Shown here one piece after another: positions 1-12,885 of a stretch of DNA of 64,000 nt (positions within the stretch are counted from its first letter, which is position 1; every line of letters begins with the position of its first letter). The stretch is from Phoronis australis (lineage: Eukaryota > Animalia > Phoronida): the NCBI GenBank assembly GCA_002633005.1, contig NMRA01000026.1, positions 1,570,710 through 1,634,709 of the forward strand, in the 5' to 3' direction. Below the pieces are notes generated by a model, which worked only from the letters and a program-made list of their open reading frames with translations, searched no databases and had not been told where the DNA came from. The position numbers and the translations under genes were made by a program.

Positions 1-319
1 TGGTCTTCCGATACTCATAAACTTAGATAACAAAATAAATGGCAATGCACTCCTTATCGACGCGATAAGTTAGCCTATATGACTAAATTATCTAGGTCTA
101 GATGATTGGTGCTCAACAGGAAGTAGACGAGAAACTACTATTTGGGGATTATTTGGCTTCTCTTGACGACTGTGTTTTTTAAGATAAGATAAGGGTGACA
201 TAACTGTAGACGACGTGACTCTCTGAGGCCGCGGCGCTGTGGGCAAAAAATACAACGCGACAGTATACACGCCAGCTGTGTGCGCTCAACATATGTGTTA
301 GCTTCACTGTTTATCCTAG

Positions 320-1734
320 AGGCCCGTTCCAAGAAAACTGGCTTAGCTAAGGCAAATCTTAAACTTAAGATAATTTTATGATAAAACTTCAATTTGTCTT
401 AAGTCCGTTCCAAAAAGTGATCTTAAAGAGCCACGGAACGCGAAAGCTTGTCAAAAATATCTTTTAAACAACTCCTGACGAAAGTACCTCCTCGCGACGT
501 CTAGTACATAGTAATTCACTTTACCCTTTGAGGAAGTTTCCAGAAAAACACAATATTCACGATTTTTTCAAATAAGCGCGAAGCGAAAATTATGTTACCA
601 CAGAGTTTCTAATCTCCCCCCACTTATGATATCCACTTCTCTCAGTCATCTGTTAGCCAAATTTTATTACTTCTCTCCGTCCCTGTTAGTCATTTTGTAT
701 TATTTCGCCAGTATAATTAGGTTTTAGTTTCTTTCCTCGGTTCCTTTATACTGTTATTTTGTTTATATTGTCACCTTGGGTACTTCAGTTTCTGTTAACC
801 GCTCGTTTTTTCATATTTTACGTACTTTCTCTTATGTTTTGGGCTTAGCCCTGCATAGCCTCTGTAACATTTTCAGTTCGTTCTGTTGTTCGTTTACGGG
901 TCCTTATATACCTCTTTCCTTATCTTACTTATGGTACTTTCGTTTCACTCCGTGTATTTTGTTTTTCCTATTTACCAATTTGCCACTTTGTCTCATTGTT
1001 TTGTTCAGTCTTCCATGTACTACTTTTGTATTTTTAGCCTTACTTCTAGTTCCATTCGTTACCGCCACGACACCAGGGTGAGTTGACACCCGGCAGCTGT
1101 TGCAGCACTTGGGTAAACGTACCTCCCCCTCCAGCCTTGGCCCCTGGAGTTAGGGTTGGGTATCCGGCTGCCAGCCTCTGTAAGTATGCGAAACTACACA
1201 ATACCTCCTTTCCTCCCTTTTCTTTCGGTGCGTCCCTGCGGATGGACATGAGCTGTCTTCAACATCTCTCGTGGCGCTTTTTATTGCCCATCTTTCCAGA
1301 GATCATTATTTTATCTTTATGTTATTTGTACACTCATATTTCTCTACCTCATCAGTCATAATAAATCACCTTATATCACATATACACGGTCTCCTTTGTA
1401 TCTCTGGAAACGGAGCTTGCGACGCACCTGTTATTTTCGGAACATATTCCGAACATAAAAGAAAATGCTTTGAAGTCAACAGAAATTGAACATCTTTACG
1501 AACAAACCCTAAAAGCACCAGGTGAACAGGTGGCAGAAAACCACTTTCAATATTGCAATTTAGTCTGTTTACAGCTTTCCATGCCTCTTTAAGTTTGACT
1601 GAATTTTTGTCCTAAGTTCGACTAACTAACCGAATGTGGAAGTTTCAAAGTTTGGAAGTTGAGACAAATCTTAGTCTTTCTTAGACTTAATAAGTCAAAA
1701 ATAAACTTAACTTAGTTTCTTGGAACTTGCCCCT
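320..1734. mobile_element. PIF/Harbinger-like non-autonomous element (MITE) interrupted by a nested insertion
   Basis: Imperfect TIRs AGGCCCGTTCCAAGAAAACT (320) / AGTTTCTTGGAACTTGCCCCT (to 1734), flanked by TAG on both sides (317-319, 1735-1737). The two halves are contiguous in a related copy at ~45830-46030. Confidence 0.6.
427..1588. mobile_element. TTAA-flanked non-autonomous DNA transposon (Kolobok-type ends) nested in the Harbinger-like MITE
   Basis: TTAA at 423-426 and 1589-1592; termini AGAGCCACGGAA / TTCCATGCCTCT (10/12 inverted match). The left ~200 bp resembles 29911-30100. Confidence 0.55.
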
Positions 1735-1965
1735 TAGCTTTCCAGGCAAACATTTTTTTTCATATTCATCAGTTATCAAAACGCCAACATCTTATGAATA
1801 AAGGATTTTGTCATATTCTGTCGAGAATTCATTTGATAATTCATTTCAACAAGTTGGAGCCAGTTATCCCGGGAATTTCCGAAAATAAGCCTATGGACGG
1901 ATATTTGGAAANAACACGACTCCGACTGTGCGTTAGTAGCCTTTGCAATCTGGTCTATCAGATAC

Positions 1966-3123
1966 ATGTTTCTGAAAAAAACCTACAAGAGAGCCATTAT
2001 ATTGGTTTTCTTACTTTCCATGACTTTAAGCATTCTTCTTTTACGCAGTGTTTGGACCCGTCATGAAGTTCGTGAGAATACACTTGTGGCAGGAGAATTC
2101 TCTGGAATATTTCGCCAGGAAAAATCTGAAACCTTAACGCATCTCCGTGCGACGACATCTTTGTACGTCACACAGTCGTTAGATTCACCAAGCGATGCTA
2201 CAGAAGATCGCATACCAGTAGGAGAATTTCAACGTTATCCTTTAGACGTCAATCTTAAGGAAGTCGTGCTTAAGATTCAAGGTGGTGAGGCAGTAAGTAT
2301 CGCTCCCATAAACCAATATAAGCATTCAGCCTTAATAGGAAGTGGATGTGACAGAGACTTACATTTGGTATACATCATAAAAAGTCATCCACGAAACACA
2401 GATTCAAGGATGGCAATCAGGCAAACCTGGGGAAATGAAACGAATCTTCGACAAGCAAAAAGGCTCTTTGTGGTGGGAACGACAACTGACAATGACACGC
2501 AGCCGAAGTTATGCGCTGAAAACGCAATGTTTAACGATTTATTACAGGGTGATTTTCTCGACTTTTATCATAATACCGGTACAAAGATGGAATTTGCGAT
2601 TCATTGGGCAGTTACAAATTGCAGTCACGTCAGATATCTTGTCTTTCTTGACGACGATGTGCTAGTGAATCCAAGAGCGCTGATAAAGTTTTTGGAATCA
2701 AAAAAAGTGCGTCAAGTCGGCCGACTTTACCTGGGGTGGTTTAAAGGAGGCCATGTACCTAAACGAAACAATGACAGTAGATATTATGTATCGTTTGAAG
2801 ACTATCCGCTGCTCAACTATCCGCCATTAACGCCGGCTGGCACCTATGTTCTAAACCAGGCATTAGCACGGGAAGTTGTCATTGCCATGCAACTTGTAAA
2901 GAAAATCAAATTTGATGATGTTTATCTGGCGTTGGTCATGCGGAAATTAGGCGTACCTCCGTTTCATACGGATCTTATTGACCTCATTCCGCTTGGATAT
3001 GAGCATTCAAAACGTCGCACGTTTATTTCTATGTTGGGCGAGTTTTCCCCGAATCGACTCAAAGAAGCATGGATTGAGCTCCAACGTATTCATTATTCAC
3101 GTGCCTCATCTTGCACTTCTTAG
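1966..3123 (+). CDS. Beta-1,3-galactosyltransferase / brainiac-like glycosyltransferase (GT31), single coding exon, 385 aa
   Basis: N-terminal type II TM anchor (AIILVFLLSMTLSILLL); GT31 motifs IKS..N..SRMAIRQTWG, DLLQGDFLDFYHN, FLDDDV (DxD), YPP...GTYVL, FDDVY. Confidence 0.92.
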   Translation: MFLKKTYKRAIILVFLLSMTLSILLLRSVWTRHEVRENTLVAGEFSGIFRQEKSETLTHLRATTSLYVTQSLDSPSDATEDRIPVGEFQRYPLDVNLKEVVLKIQGGEAVSIAPINQYKHSALIGSGCDRDLHLVYIIKSHPRNTDSRMAIRQTWGNETNLRQAKRLFVVGTTTDNDTQPKLCAENAMFNDLLQGDFLDFYHNTGTKMEFAIHWAVTNCSHVRYLVFLDDDVLVNPRALIKFLESKKVRQVGRLYLGWFKGGHVPKRNNDSRYYVSFEDYPLLNYPPLTPAGTYVLNQALAREVVIAMQLVKKIKFDDVYLALVMRKLGVPPFHTDLIDLIPLGYEHSKRRTFISMLGEFSPNRLKEAWIELQRIHYSRASSCTS

Positions 3124-4249
3124 TTCACATTATTCCCCATCTTGTTGCCAACGCAATGTTTGATGCAACGGCTAAGTTTCCCTTTGTAGAATTTTTGCGT
3201 GTTTGTCTTGTACCATCAATTTTGAACACATTCTCTTACTGAAGTTTTAGAATTTGTGTGAATCTTACTTTCTTACTTTAATTAATTTTCCATGAAAATA
3301 ATCCTACGTTGACACCCTAACCGGGCAACTCGACCGGTTTGCTTACCTCAGAATCTGCCGGTTTAGATCAAAGACACCATGCTGTTGTGGTTAATTAAAT
3401 CGTCGTGGGCTGCAGATGTTAACGTTCTCTAGATAATGAGAATAATCATAAACTCATTGGGGCTGACAATAGTACTTTTTAATTTTCGTTTTGAAAGTTT
3501 GTAAATAGCGTAGTTGAATAGTTTGTGAAAAGCACGCGTGATTGAATTTTCAAAATTGGACAAGAAATGTGACTTTTACAACCTAAAACGTTTTTTAATA
3601 TTACAATTATAACATACTCCTCATTAACTCTGCTGGTTGTGCAACATAATTGGGCCAAATTAGTCAAACCACCAGGCAGCAGTTGGATTTTGAGGTAAGC
3701 CAAGTGTCGTACAATTCTTGGCATGCTATTGGTGAAAGGCTATTTGTTGCTTTGTTTTATTTTCTGTTCCATTTAAGTATGTACTCGTATTGTTAGTCAT
3801 TTATTGCTATAGACAAAATGTTACCCACTTAACGAGTTATATAATCGTTATTTGTAATTATGCAAAATTGATTAAATACACGACACTTGTCGTTATTAAC
3901 AGTCTTTATTCCGTTCCGTTCGTATCCTCGGAACAATTTTACATATCGGAAAACTTGCTCCCGAAGTACAGCCATTGTTTGTAATAGTATAACATTTCCC
4001 TTTTATTAACATATAATACAATTGTGTTGTTTCACTGATATTGTGGTGGGCTCTTCAGAATCACCAGTAACCCCACAAAATTTTGCTAACTTCGGAACAT
4101 CTTAACTCATAAATGGCTCATCGAATTAAAAGGAAGATTTAAGACAATGTGACTTGTACTTTTCTGTAAGACGCTGAAAGGAATAACTGTTTTTAAAATA
4201 GTTTACTATTAAATATGGTAAGTTAAATTTCACGATTTTATAGACACAG

Positions 4250-4300
4250 CGAGAGAGAGCGAGAGAGAGCTAGAGAGAGCGAGAGAAAGCGAGAGAGAGC

Positions 4301-4333
<33 letters not shown>
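4250..4333. repeat. (GA)n/(GAGC) microsatellite, the (TC)n 3' tail of the adjacent minus-strand LINE
   Basis: Directly visible; follows AATAAA on the minus strand (TTTATT 4338-4343). Confidence 0.85.
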
Positions 4334-4334
<1 letters not shown>

Positions 4335-7300
4335 TCGTTTATTTGTACCTGGAGCTAAGCTTATTTGTACATATTACATTGCAGTAGTTGGTATAGATGG
4401 CAATTTCATGACCAGATGTTTAATACATAAAAACATATTTACACATTTACAATGTTAGAGTTTCCTGTCTAATATCATAAGCGTTTAATATGAGTAAGGA
4501 TAGTCTTTTCAAAAGATTGCCAGAGTTTGTTTTGAATGAGTATTTGGCGTTTTTGATGTCAGTATGCTGTCTGGATATTTCTGGTAAAAAATTCATTCTA
4601 ATATCGTTAAGTACGAGACAGTTAAGTAATAAGTGTATTTCGTCTTCAATTTCGGAGCGGTTGCAAATTTTGAAAAGCCTCTCTTCCTTCGGAATTTCAT
4701 GGTGCCTACCAGTTTCTATTTTCAATTGATGTCCAGAGCACCTGAATTTGGCTAGTATTCTACGTAGAGTTGGTGGTAGACAGTAAAGATATTTTTCACA
4801 AGATAATAGAGTAAAATGAGCACTTGCTGGAGTTCTGCACTGACATCCTCCATTCTTGGGCACCACAATCCAACAATCTTTGCTTAAATTCTGATATAAA
4901 TAAATCAATATTACCCGGTCCACTTATCCATACCTCCCCAAACCCTTATCTGAATAAAATATCTTTAACTGCCCTGGCCCAATTTGCTCGTTCTTCTTTC
5001 ACGGTCTTCCCGCAGCATCCGGTAAATTTTATTTGGGAAATTGGGTTATTCACCTGTAGAATTTTGGTCCCGTAGATTATTGGTCTGCACAAGTATTTCA
5101 TAGATAATAAATGCCTGCCTGTTTTCTTTGGAATACCAGCAACCCATATACAAAAATCATTGTGAACACTTTCTATGTCTTTCGAATATACTGTACCCCA
5201 TATCTCGGCACCGTATAACAGTATAGGAACTATCATACTATCAAACAATTTAAAACATACATGTGGGGAGCTACACTTCATTTTGGTTAAACATGCTTTT
5301 AACATGTTCATTGCTTTTCTAGCTCGTAAAGCTGATATTCTACAATTTTCATTCCATTTTAATCTGCAAGAAAATGTCACACCAAGATATTTGTAATAAG
5401 ATCTCGTTTCTACCAATTTCTTATTGTAAAATTACTTTTCCTGTGCCGATAGAGTCCCACCTCGCTTGAAGACAACTTATCAAGATTAACACAAAGACTC
5501 CAATCCACACAGTAATTGTGCAATACATTTAACTTTCTCTGAAGTCCAGGCACTGTGTCTGCCATAAGCGCCAAATCGTCCGCAAACAGTAACGAACTTA
5601 ATTCGCAATCATCACACTTGATACCTCGACCTCCATTTTCTTTGACCTCTGACACCAACCCGCTTACAAAAACAGAGAATAACCAAGGGCTCAGTATGCA
5701 TCCTTGTTTCACCCCTCTCTTACATTCAAAATAGGGTGTGATTTGGCTCTGTAGTCTCACGCAAGATTTCACTTCAGCATAAATATTCCTCAGGAGATTG
5801 AACATTTTCCCGTGGAGATTATTTTTTAACAAACAATAAAACAGACGTGTAATTTCCAGACTGTCAAACACCTTGCTAAAGTCCACAAAGGCACAGTACA
5901 TTTTTCCACCTCTTTTTGATAAATTTCTGATGGCCAAATCTTGTAGAACAAAAATGTTATCCACGGTCGAATAGCACACCCTAAATCCGGCTTGTTCCTC
6001 AGGGGTACATTGCATTGCATCCGACCACTCAATTAGCCTTTTGTTTCATATTGATGTAAACAACTTGTTCATGCTATCAATGAAAGAAATTCCCCTGTAA
6101 TTATTTGGGTTATTGTTGTCTCCTTTCTTGTAGATAGGAACGATTATACTTTCTCCAGTTCTCCGGGAATTTGCCAGTCGCCAGTACCTTGTTGAATAGT
6201 TTGCATAATATTTCAAGGATGTCACCGGTCAGTGATTTGAAGAGTTCGTTTGGAATACCATCTTCTCCATGAGAGTTATTGTTTTTAAGTTTATTTATTG
6301 CCTGATTGATTTCGGACATGTCGATTGTACCAGGATTTCATCGCCAGGTGTGTTGGCATAGACGTTGCAGCTTTCGTCGTGCTCTCGCATTTCGTCCAAC
6401 AAATTATTAAGTAGTTCTCTGTTTTCCCGTACAGGCTCAGTGTTCAAGAGTTTTTCAAAATAGTAATACCATTCGTTCGACGAAATGTCCGCTTGCTGAA
6501 CATAATTCGTATTTATAATTGACTTCACGTTTGCCCAGAATTTGCTTGGATCTCTCATTGAATCACATAAGTTCTTTTCCATTTGTTCGTTATAGTTCTT
6601 TTTCACAAGTCTCCTTTATTGGCTTTTCGTATCAGTATAATCACGCAACGTATTCAAACACTTATTAGATCTGAAAAGTTTCAATAAATTATGTTTTTCT
6701 ATTTTTTTTGCTCGCAAACGTTGTCAAACCACCTTGGCTGTTGCCAGCCCTGTTCACTGCGGGGTCAGTTGTCAACGCCGCAAGCGTGAAATATTTCATT
6801 TATTAAATTAACTGCTTTGTTAATATCCATATCAATGGCTGAAGATATTTGTGACAATTTCTCGATAGTGTCAACGCTGTCCAATCTTTCCTTAAAACTT
6901 GAAGATTTATGTGGCTGCCACTTGAGTCGGTGCAATGGGGTCGTTCTGACACTAGAGTTCGATGCAACGGTATTAGCTTCCGTATGTTTCGTACAGTACA
7001 CATAATAGGGAAATGGTCCGACTCATCGTAATTTATTACTTCAAAGTCATTAATAGATTCGAACAGAGATGCCTCGGCAATAACATACTCAATAGTGCTG
7101 CATCCTCGAATGGAGATGAACGAATAGTTTCCTTCTCTGTCTGATGGGTATCTACCGTTAACTATGTGCGTACCATATACTGCGCAAAATTTGCGAAGTT
7201 CTTCACCGAAGTAATGACATTTCGCATCTTGGTTGCTTCTTGGTTTTTCAAAATTATTTTGGACATAGCAACAGTCGCTATTGTCAAGGACACTGATATG

Positions 7301-7420
7301 CATGGTATTGTCATCTGGAATGTAGTCTACCTGTAGTGTACCTGTCCTTGAATTAAAGTCACCTGTCAAAATAACCCGTGACTTGTTAAACTTTCCATTA
7401 CTCAAACAGGTAAAGTCATC
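4334..7420 (-). mobile_element. Decayed, 5'-truncated non-LTR retrotransposon ORF2 (APE endonuclease + RT + C-terminal Cys/His region; RTE-X/CR1-group-like)
   Basis: Frameshifted ORFs: ILTGDFNSRTG and SDHFPI (EN, 6803-7405); FVDFSKVFDS, GVKQGCILSP, LLFADDLAL (RT, 5410-6015); YKYLGV and PILLYGAEIWG (4946-5416); KFRCSGHQLKIETGR...EDEIHLLLNC (4447-4923). Confidence 0.93.
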
Positions 7421-8469
7421 CGGTCCTTGAGACGGTCAATACCGCTGTCAGAATTGTCCTGGCTGTAGTATGCTGATCAAAAAGTCAAATGTTGCAGAAA
7501 GTAAAATCGATTAAGTTGTGCAAATGTAACAGTTTTGTTGCCTTGTTGTTGATCTGCCGGGCAATTATTTCTTTAGATAGTGTTTAGCCCGTACCCTATA
7601 TTTACGGACCGTAAAATCTCACTAGCCAGTTTCGGACAAAATATGGCCGACACACGAGCTCAGCAATTTATTTCTTCACAGGTTTTTGTACTATATATAC
7701 CAGAAAAACCAAATTAATGCTTTATATGTTCAAGTTTTGTGAAGTGGTGCTTACCATCACACAAAATTAACTGAAAGGTGCAATTTACCATTTGTTTTTG
7801 ACCGGCGAAATTTATGAGATTTCACCGTATATTCTTCGATCACTATTCTCACCCTGAGATGTCCTGAAGAAGTTTGTTACCCCCCGTCGAGGTGTTGAAC
7901 CATTTTCAGGTTTGCTGCGGTAGGCGCTGAGTTTCGCGATTTTTCAATGCTTATGCAAAACGAGAACGAATTAATTGTGCACTCAAAGTTATCAGGGTTC
8001 AATGACAGTGGGCCATAGGACCGTCCTGAATTACAGTCACTGACACGGCGAATCGGGCTACGTACAATGCCGCAATATCTTCCAAGCCGGCACTTTTCAG
8101 TGTAGCCAAGTCAATTCACGTGCTGTTGGAGTCCACATACTCTTTGTTGTTGTCATCAAGTTTTCTCAGCTACGACACTACTCTATTCGTCCCCCGAATG
8201 TCAACAAAATATTACCCAGTGCCGTGCTGTGGCGGTCTCCACAAATATCCGTGGGTATGTGACATGTGTTTTAAAAGTTCTTCGCCTTCCCGACTTCAAT
8301 CAAGGAGAAGCTTATGCGGAACAAGTGGATAAATGAATTTGAAAGTTCATCGAGTTAATGTTGAACAAAAAAATCCCATTTTTCTTGAAGATAGGCTAAA
8401 ATCCGGGGATTTTCTCTCGACGGCCTAAATAGAAAACATTTTAGCGCTCATACACCTTTACGGCCCACT

Positions 8470-9700
8470 AACCTATGCAAATGTGCCTAACATCATTCCA
8501 AAACGATGTCAATTTAAAACAACGTGCTTCCTTACCTGCGGGACAAAGGAGTGAGTTATGTCGCTGTCGGTCACGGTAATGCCGGTGGCAGGAGTCTTGT
8601 AACCTTACTATATTGATGCTACGAGAAGAACCACTTATGAACCAGGTAACATCAAGACTTGATTTCATCATTTTTAAAATGAAACAAATTAACTTAAATT
8701 ACATTACTAATGAATTACTCCCGATTTCAAGAGTTCGTGTTTTTGCATCTTTTGATTAAGAAGTGTCCTTTTTGTGGCCGTTTATAGTTTTCATATTACA
8801 ATGACCGATTCTGGTATGCGATACATTTATGACGGAAGTTGTCCAAGTATAATTCAGTATATCCAAGTGACGAAAAGCTGTTTCTAACTTCATGTTCAAG
8901 TGAATGATAAAAAGAAGGGGGAGAAACCTTTTAGGCATTTTACAATAATCGTGAAGGTCAAGTCTGAGCATCAGCCAAATGTCTACAAAACTAGAGTTTA
9001 AAGGATACTAAACCCCATTTTTATGATTTCAGCCTATCCTCGTTGTGTCACCTGCTAATGCAACATTGGAGTCAATGGCGACAGAAAAGTAGGAATCAAA
9101 CTAAAATCTCATACCCCACTATCTCACAAATTGGACATCACGTTCCTTGCATGGTGGTTGGTCTTTTCCACGCACAGTTGCCGTGTAATTCGCCAGAAAC
9201 GCAGGTCACGCTTGCCCGTTTAACAGACTTTGAAAAAAGTTTACAAATTTTCCTCCTAACTTTTGAGGGCTATCGAGAGTTAGAAGGCATTTTGTTCCAG
9301 AGAACTACATAAAGTCATTCTTAGTTTCTCAGTGTTGATAGGCCAAAACTTGGTTTGTTATGCTTTAACGAAAGAAAACTAACATACTTTCTGCAAGCAG
9401 AAATATTGAATTTTTGACTTTATACCGATTTACTGTCGACTGGGTCTCGTTACCAGTTTTATAGTAAAATGAAATTATAAGTCATCATTTTGTTTCATGC
9501 AACTTTCCGATTTTCCCAAAAAACCATTGACGTCCTCCTCTGGATAGCCTTTTATGGAAAAGTAGTTCATCGAATTCGATGACAACTCCTAACGGTGTTT
9601 TTGAGAGGCGCAGTATCTGAAAGTTTCTCATGAATCTTGTCACCAAATTCTGAGGTGGGCGGGTATGATGTTCTGACATCACATTAGAACGTTGTTCTCG
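8470..9700 (-). mobile_element. Highly degenerate piggyBac-type transposase relic
   Basis: By-eye motifs in the expected order across frameshifts: LSR..R..F..LH (~9490-9545), YKV, *PSKV.RKICKL (KPxKxGxKxW-like, 9237-9269), GYEI/FDSYFS (GYxIYFDNYFTS-like, ~9086-9117), I..Y....V+..(D) region (~8800-8870), C-terminal LC....RCF (~8515-8550). Confidence 0.5.
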
Positions 9701-10351
9701 AGTCGTGCATAACTTGGTCTCGGTTGTACTTAATCCATGTTGGCAGTCTCAGAGTTGGTTTTTATCGCAAGCCCATTTGGCAGCATGTTCCCCTGGGAAC
9801 CACCCCTTGAGCCGGTTTGCAGTATGTTGACAAAGTTAATTTTGATTTCAGTAAATTCAGGCCGGACGAGTTATGGCCTGCTGTGTTCTTAAGGTCAAAT
9901 GTTTCCCGTCATGGTAGCTGCTCAAGAATAAACAGACTCTAGACTGTATTCACGCATTAGAATAAATTGCCGTCAAGTAATATTCCTTGACGGTTCAAAC
10001 GTCTTGTAACGCCTCAATGCACAACTATTTCCATCTATAGTGCTCTCTTCCTCTCGACTAATGGCCACATTTTTGACACAATGATATAATTACCCATCAA
10101 TTACACAGCTTTTCAAAATCAAGTGTTCACCTGTCTTCTCCCAAAGCTAGAATTCAAACTCAATTTAGGAAGCACATTTCTAGTGGTGAGATGTAAAAAA
10201 TGTCTGGTTTGAACCCTTCCTTCTTTAATACCCCGAGTTGGTGTTCCTGCAAGCACGTGCACCTTGTAAATATATTTCTGTCTTGATTTATGCCCAGTTG
10301 AGTTTTAATTTCGTTATGAACAGAATATGAAAACAATACAATTAATCAATG

Positions 10352-10357
10352 TTTATT
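10352..10357 (-). terminator. Candidate poly(A) signal of SRSF2
   Basis: AATAAA on the minus strand followed by U/GU-rich sequence, ~2.3 kb after the stop codon. Confidence 0.4.
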
Positions 10358-12659
10358 TCTTAAATTCACAGAGTGCATCTGAATTTACACAATTCTAAAC
10401 ATTGGAAGTCTTCATTCATCTTCAGTACAGCATCGGCAGAACTCACCATGGAACTTGCTCGGCAACAAAAATTCGCGACTTTCTTGAAGCCAATTTCACA
10501 ACTATGAAGTTGCGATGGAGATGCTACACACTGGCGGAACACAAGTGACAAAAGGAATATTGCTCTTAACTCAACAACTGAAGGAAATGTATTAAGGTAT
10601 ACTGTCAAGCCTCGTTCCAACACACATCTAAGCACCTTCAAAATCTATATGTTGCAAGTTTGTTGTAACCATGGCAACTTGGATACATCAGGTAGAATAA
10701 ACACTTGGGATGTTAGTATGTTATATTGCTGTTCCTGTTCTAAACAGGATAGGCTGTAACAACAAAATTACAGTTACACAGTGCTCACCTGGTTATAAAA
10801 GCAATCCTGGGTGCTTTTTTGTACTAGAACTTAAAAGTACACTGTAAACGGGAGTTGACTTTCATCTAGAAATTTTTCAAACATCAACAAATGGTCAATT
10901 TCTACTTAAGTGTCCATGCACTTGACTAAATATTTCCAATACTGGATCAGGCTGCAGATGACTTTTTGAGTCAAGAGTGTTTTAGCAGCAATTCCCAAAG
11001 CAAGTTTGATACCTGAAAACTACAGAATAACAGCTAAATGCATTGGAAAGGAACCTTATTAAAATGGTTGGACCATTGGAACAGTGTTGCAGAAGTGGAG
11101 GCACTTCTTAGGTCTTGTAAGCAAAATTGAAATGTTAGCGGGCAATTCACATTGTCCAAAAGTACATATTGCTCCTTTCAAATTCTGAATTTTTTTCTAA
11201 ATTTGCTATTTCAGAGAGCGTTCAAACTTCAACTCTCACAGATACCACGTAGGTGTTCCAACAGTGCGGTTTTCCTAAATAGCATTCCTATCTCATCTCA
11301 CAAGCACTTGTTCATAAGGGGAGGGCTTTTATGCTGAAGAGTGCAATTTGTAACAACAGAATTGAGCTCATCACAGAACACCACTGAAGATATCACTGGC
11401 GTGGTTAATGAACAAAGAAGATTGGTGACCCTGGATTTTATCCAATGAAACTGAACTCTGCTTTATACACAGCCAAGTTCAAGAAAAGTCTACATGATAA
11501 AGAAAGCAATTTCATTCATAAAACCACGGAATAATGTACTGTACAATATTAGATTGAGCCAAGAGAGAATTGTCGATGTAGCATTTACTATACGAAGATG
11601 CAGAGCCCTACAAAACGCATTACTTGAAAGAATTAAAACAAGGCTTTCTGAAAACTATCGACTGAAGAGATATAGCGAGAAGAGAGAAACGAGGAGTAGC
11701 AAGTGTTAAAAACACCAGTATTGCAGAGTATACAGACCTTGAAGTATAGCAGCATGCAAAAGATGAAACAAAAAATCTAGATTAAACTGAATTAGTGTTT
11801 CATGACCCCAACTGTGTTTAAACCGAAAAGTGTTAAGTCCCCAGAAACACGGCCAAAGCAAAGTCGACTGCTTGTGAAGAAACATGTCAAAACAGCAGTC
11901 CACTAGTTTCTCCAAAAAAGCATAGCCAGTATTTTGGATGAGACGTCAGCTGGCCGACTGGATCTCCATCACCGACCATTCTCTCCGTCAACATCGAACG
12001 GACCTCACACAGTGTGCACTGCTCGAACCCCTTACTCGGCATCAGCAACAACGCTTACTGCCACTGGTTACACTCGATACTAACAGCTCCTAAGGTAAAT
12101 TATGAAAAATCAGATCAATAAGAGGTGACATTTATTGAAAAAGTTAAAAATGTAATAAAAAATGAACAAACAACTTCATCAAATTCAGTCCATCATCAAG
12201 GTTAACTGATACAAAACATTAAATTTACACCAGTAACTCAAAGCAAATTTTAAGCCCGTTTAATCAAGAACACCGTGCAAATTTCAAGATCATGTAAAGC
12301 AACTTTGTTCATGTAACCTTTTGCAATCCTTTCAAACGGAAATTCATCAAAGAAATATAATTGTACTATGGCAGGAAACTTGTGTAAGCAACAAATTCCA
12401 TTATTGAAAAATCATTGAGCCAATACAAGTTCAAATTCTACTCTAGATCATACATCATGTGACCACTAACTTCTACTTTTTATGGATCCATAATTCCAAC
12501 AGTGACATGCACAAAAACGAGAACATACAAGACAATAAAACATGCAAAACTGGATCGGAGGCAACATTCACACAGAATAGTAACCTTTTAGCTGTCCATT
12601 AGGTGGGAGCACCAGTCCTATATGCAGCAGTGTCCAATCTAAGTCCTGGCCAACGATGA

Positions 12660-12885
12660 CTAAGACCTGGATCGACTGCGGCTCTTTGATCGAGATTTGG
12701 ATGTTCGTCTGACAGGACTACGGGATTTGGACGTGCGTGTGACAGGACTACGACTCTTGCTCCGGCTAGCACTGCGACTGTACCGTCTGTTGTTCTTCTG
12801 GCGAGGCGACCGACTGCGAGAGCGACTCTTACTGCGGCTGTAGGAACGGTCCCTTCTACGGTAGTCTGGAGATCTTGACCTTGAC
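12660..12885 (-). CDS. SRSF2: SRSF2 coding exon 3 (RS domain, stop)
   Basis: Acceptor TTTTAAATAG|G; [25 protein letters not shown]...; TAG at 12660-12662. Confidence 0.93.

Noticed and set aside
776-1361. Short hydrophobic ORFs
   Set aside because: They arise from T-rich internal sequence of a non-autonomous transposon.
10754-10788. Extra 3'UTR intron in SRSF2 between donor 10788 and acceptor 10754
   Set aside because: 35 nt is too short; the donor would need another acceptor, which I could not establish.
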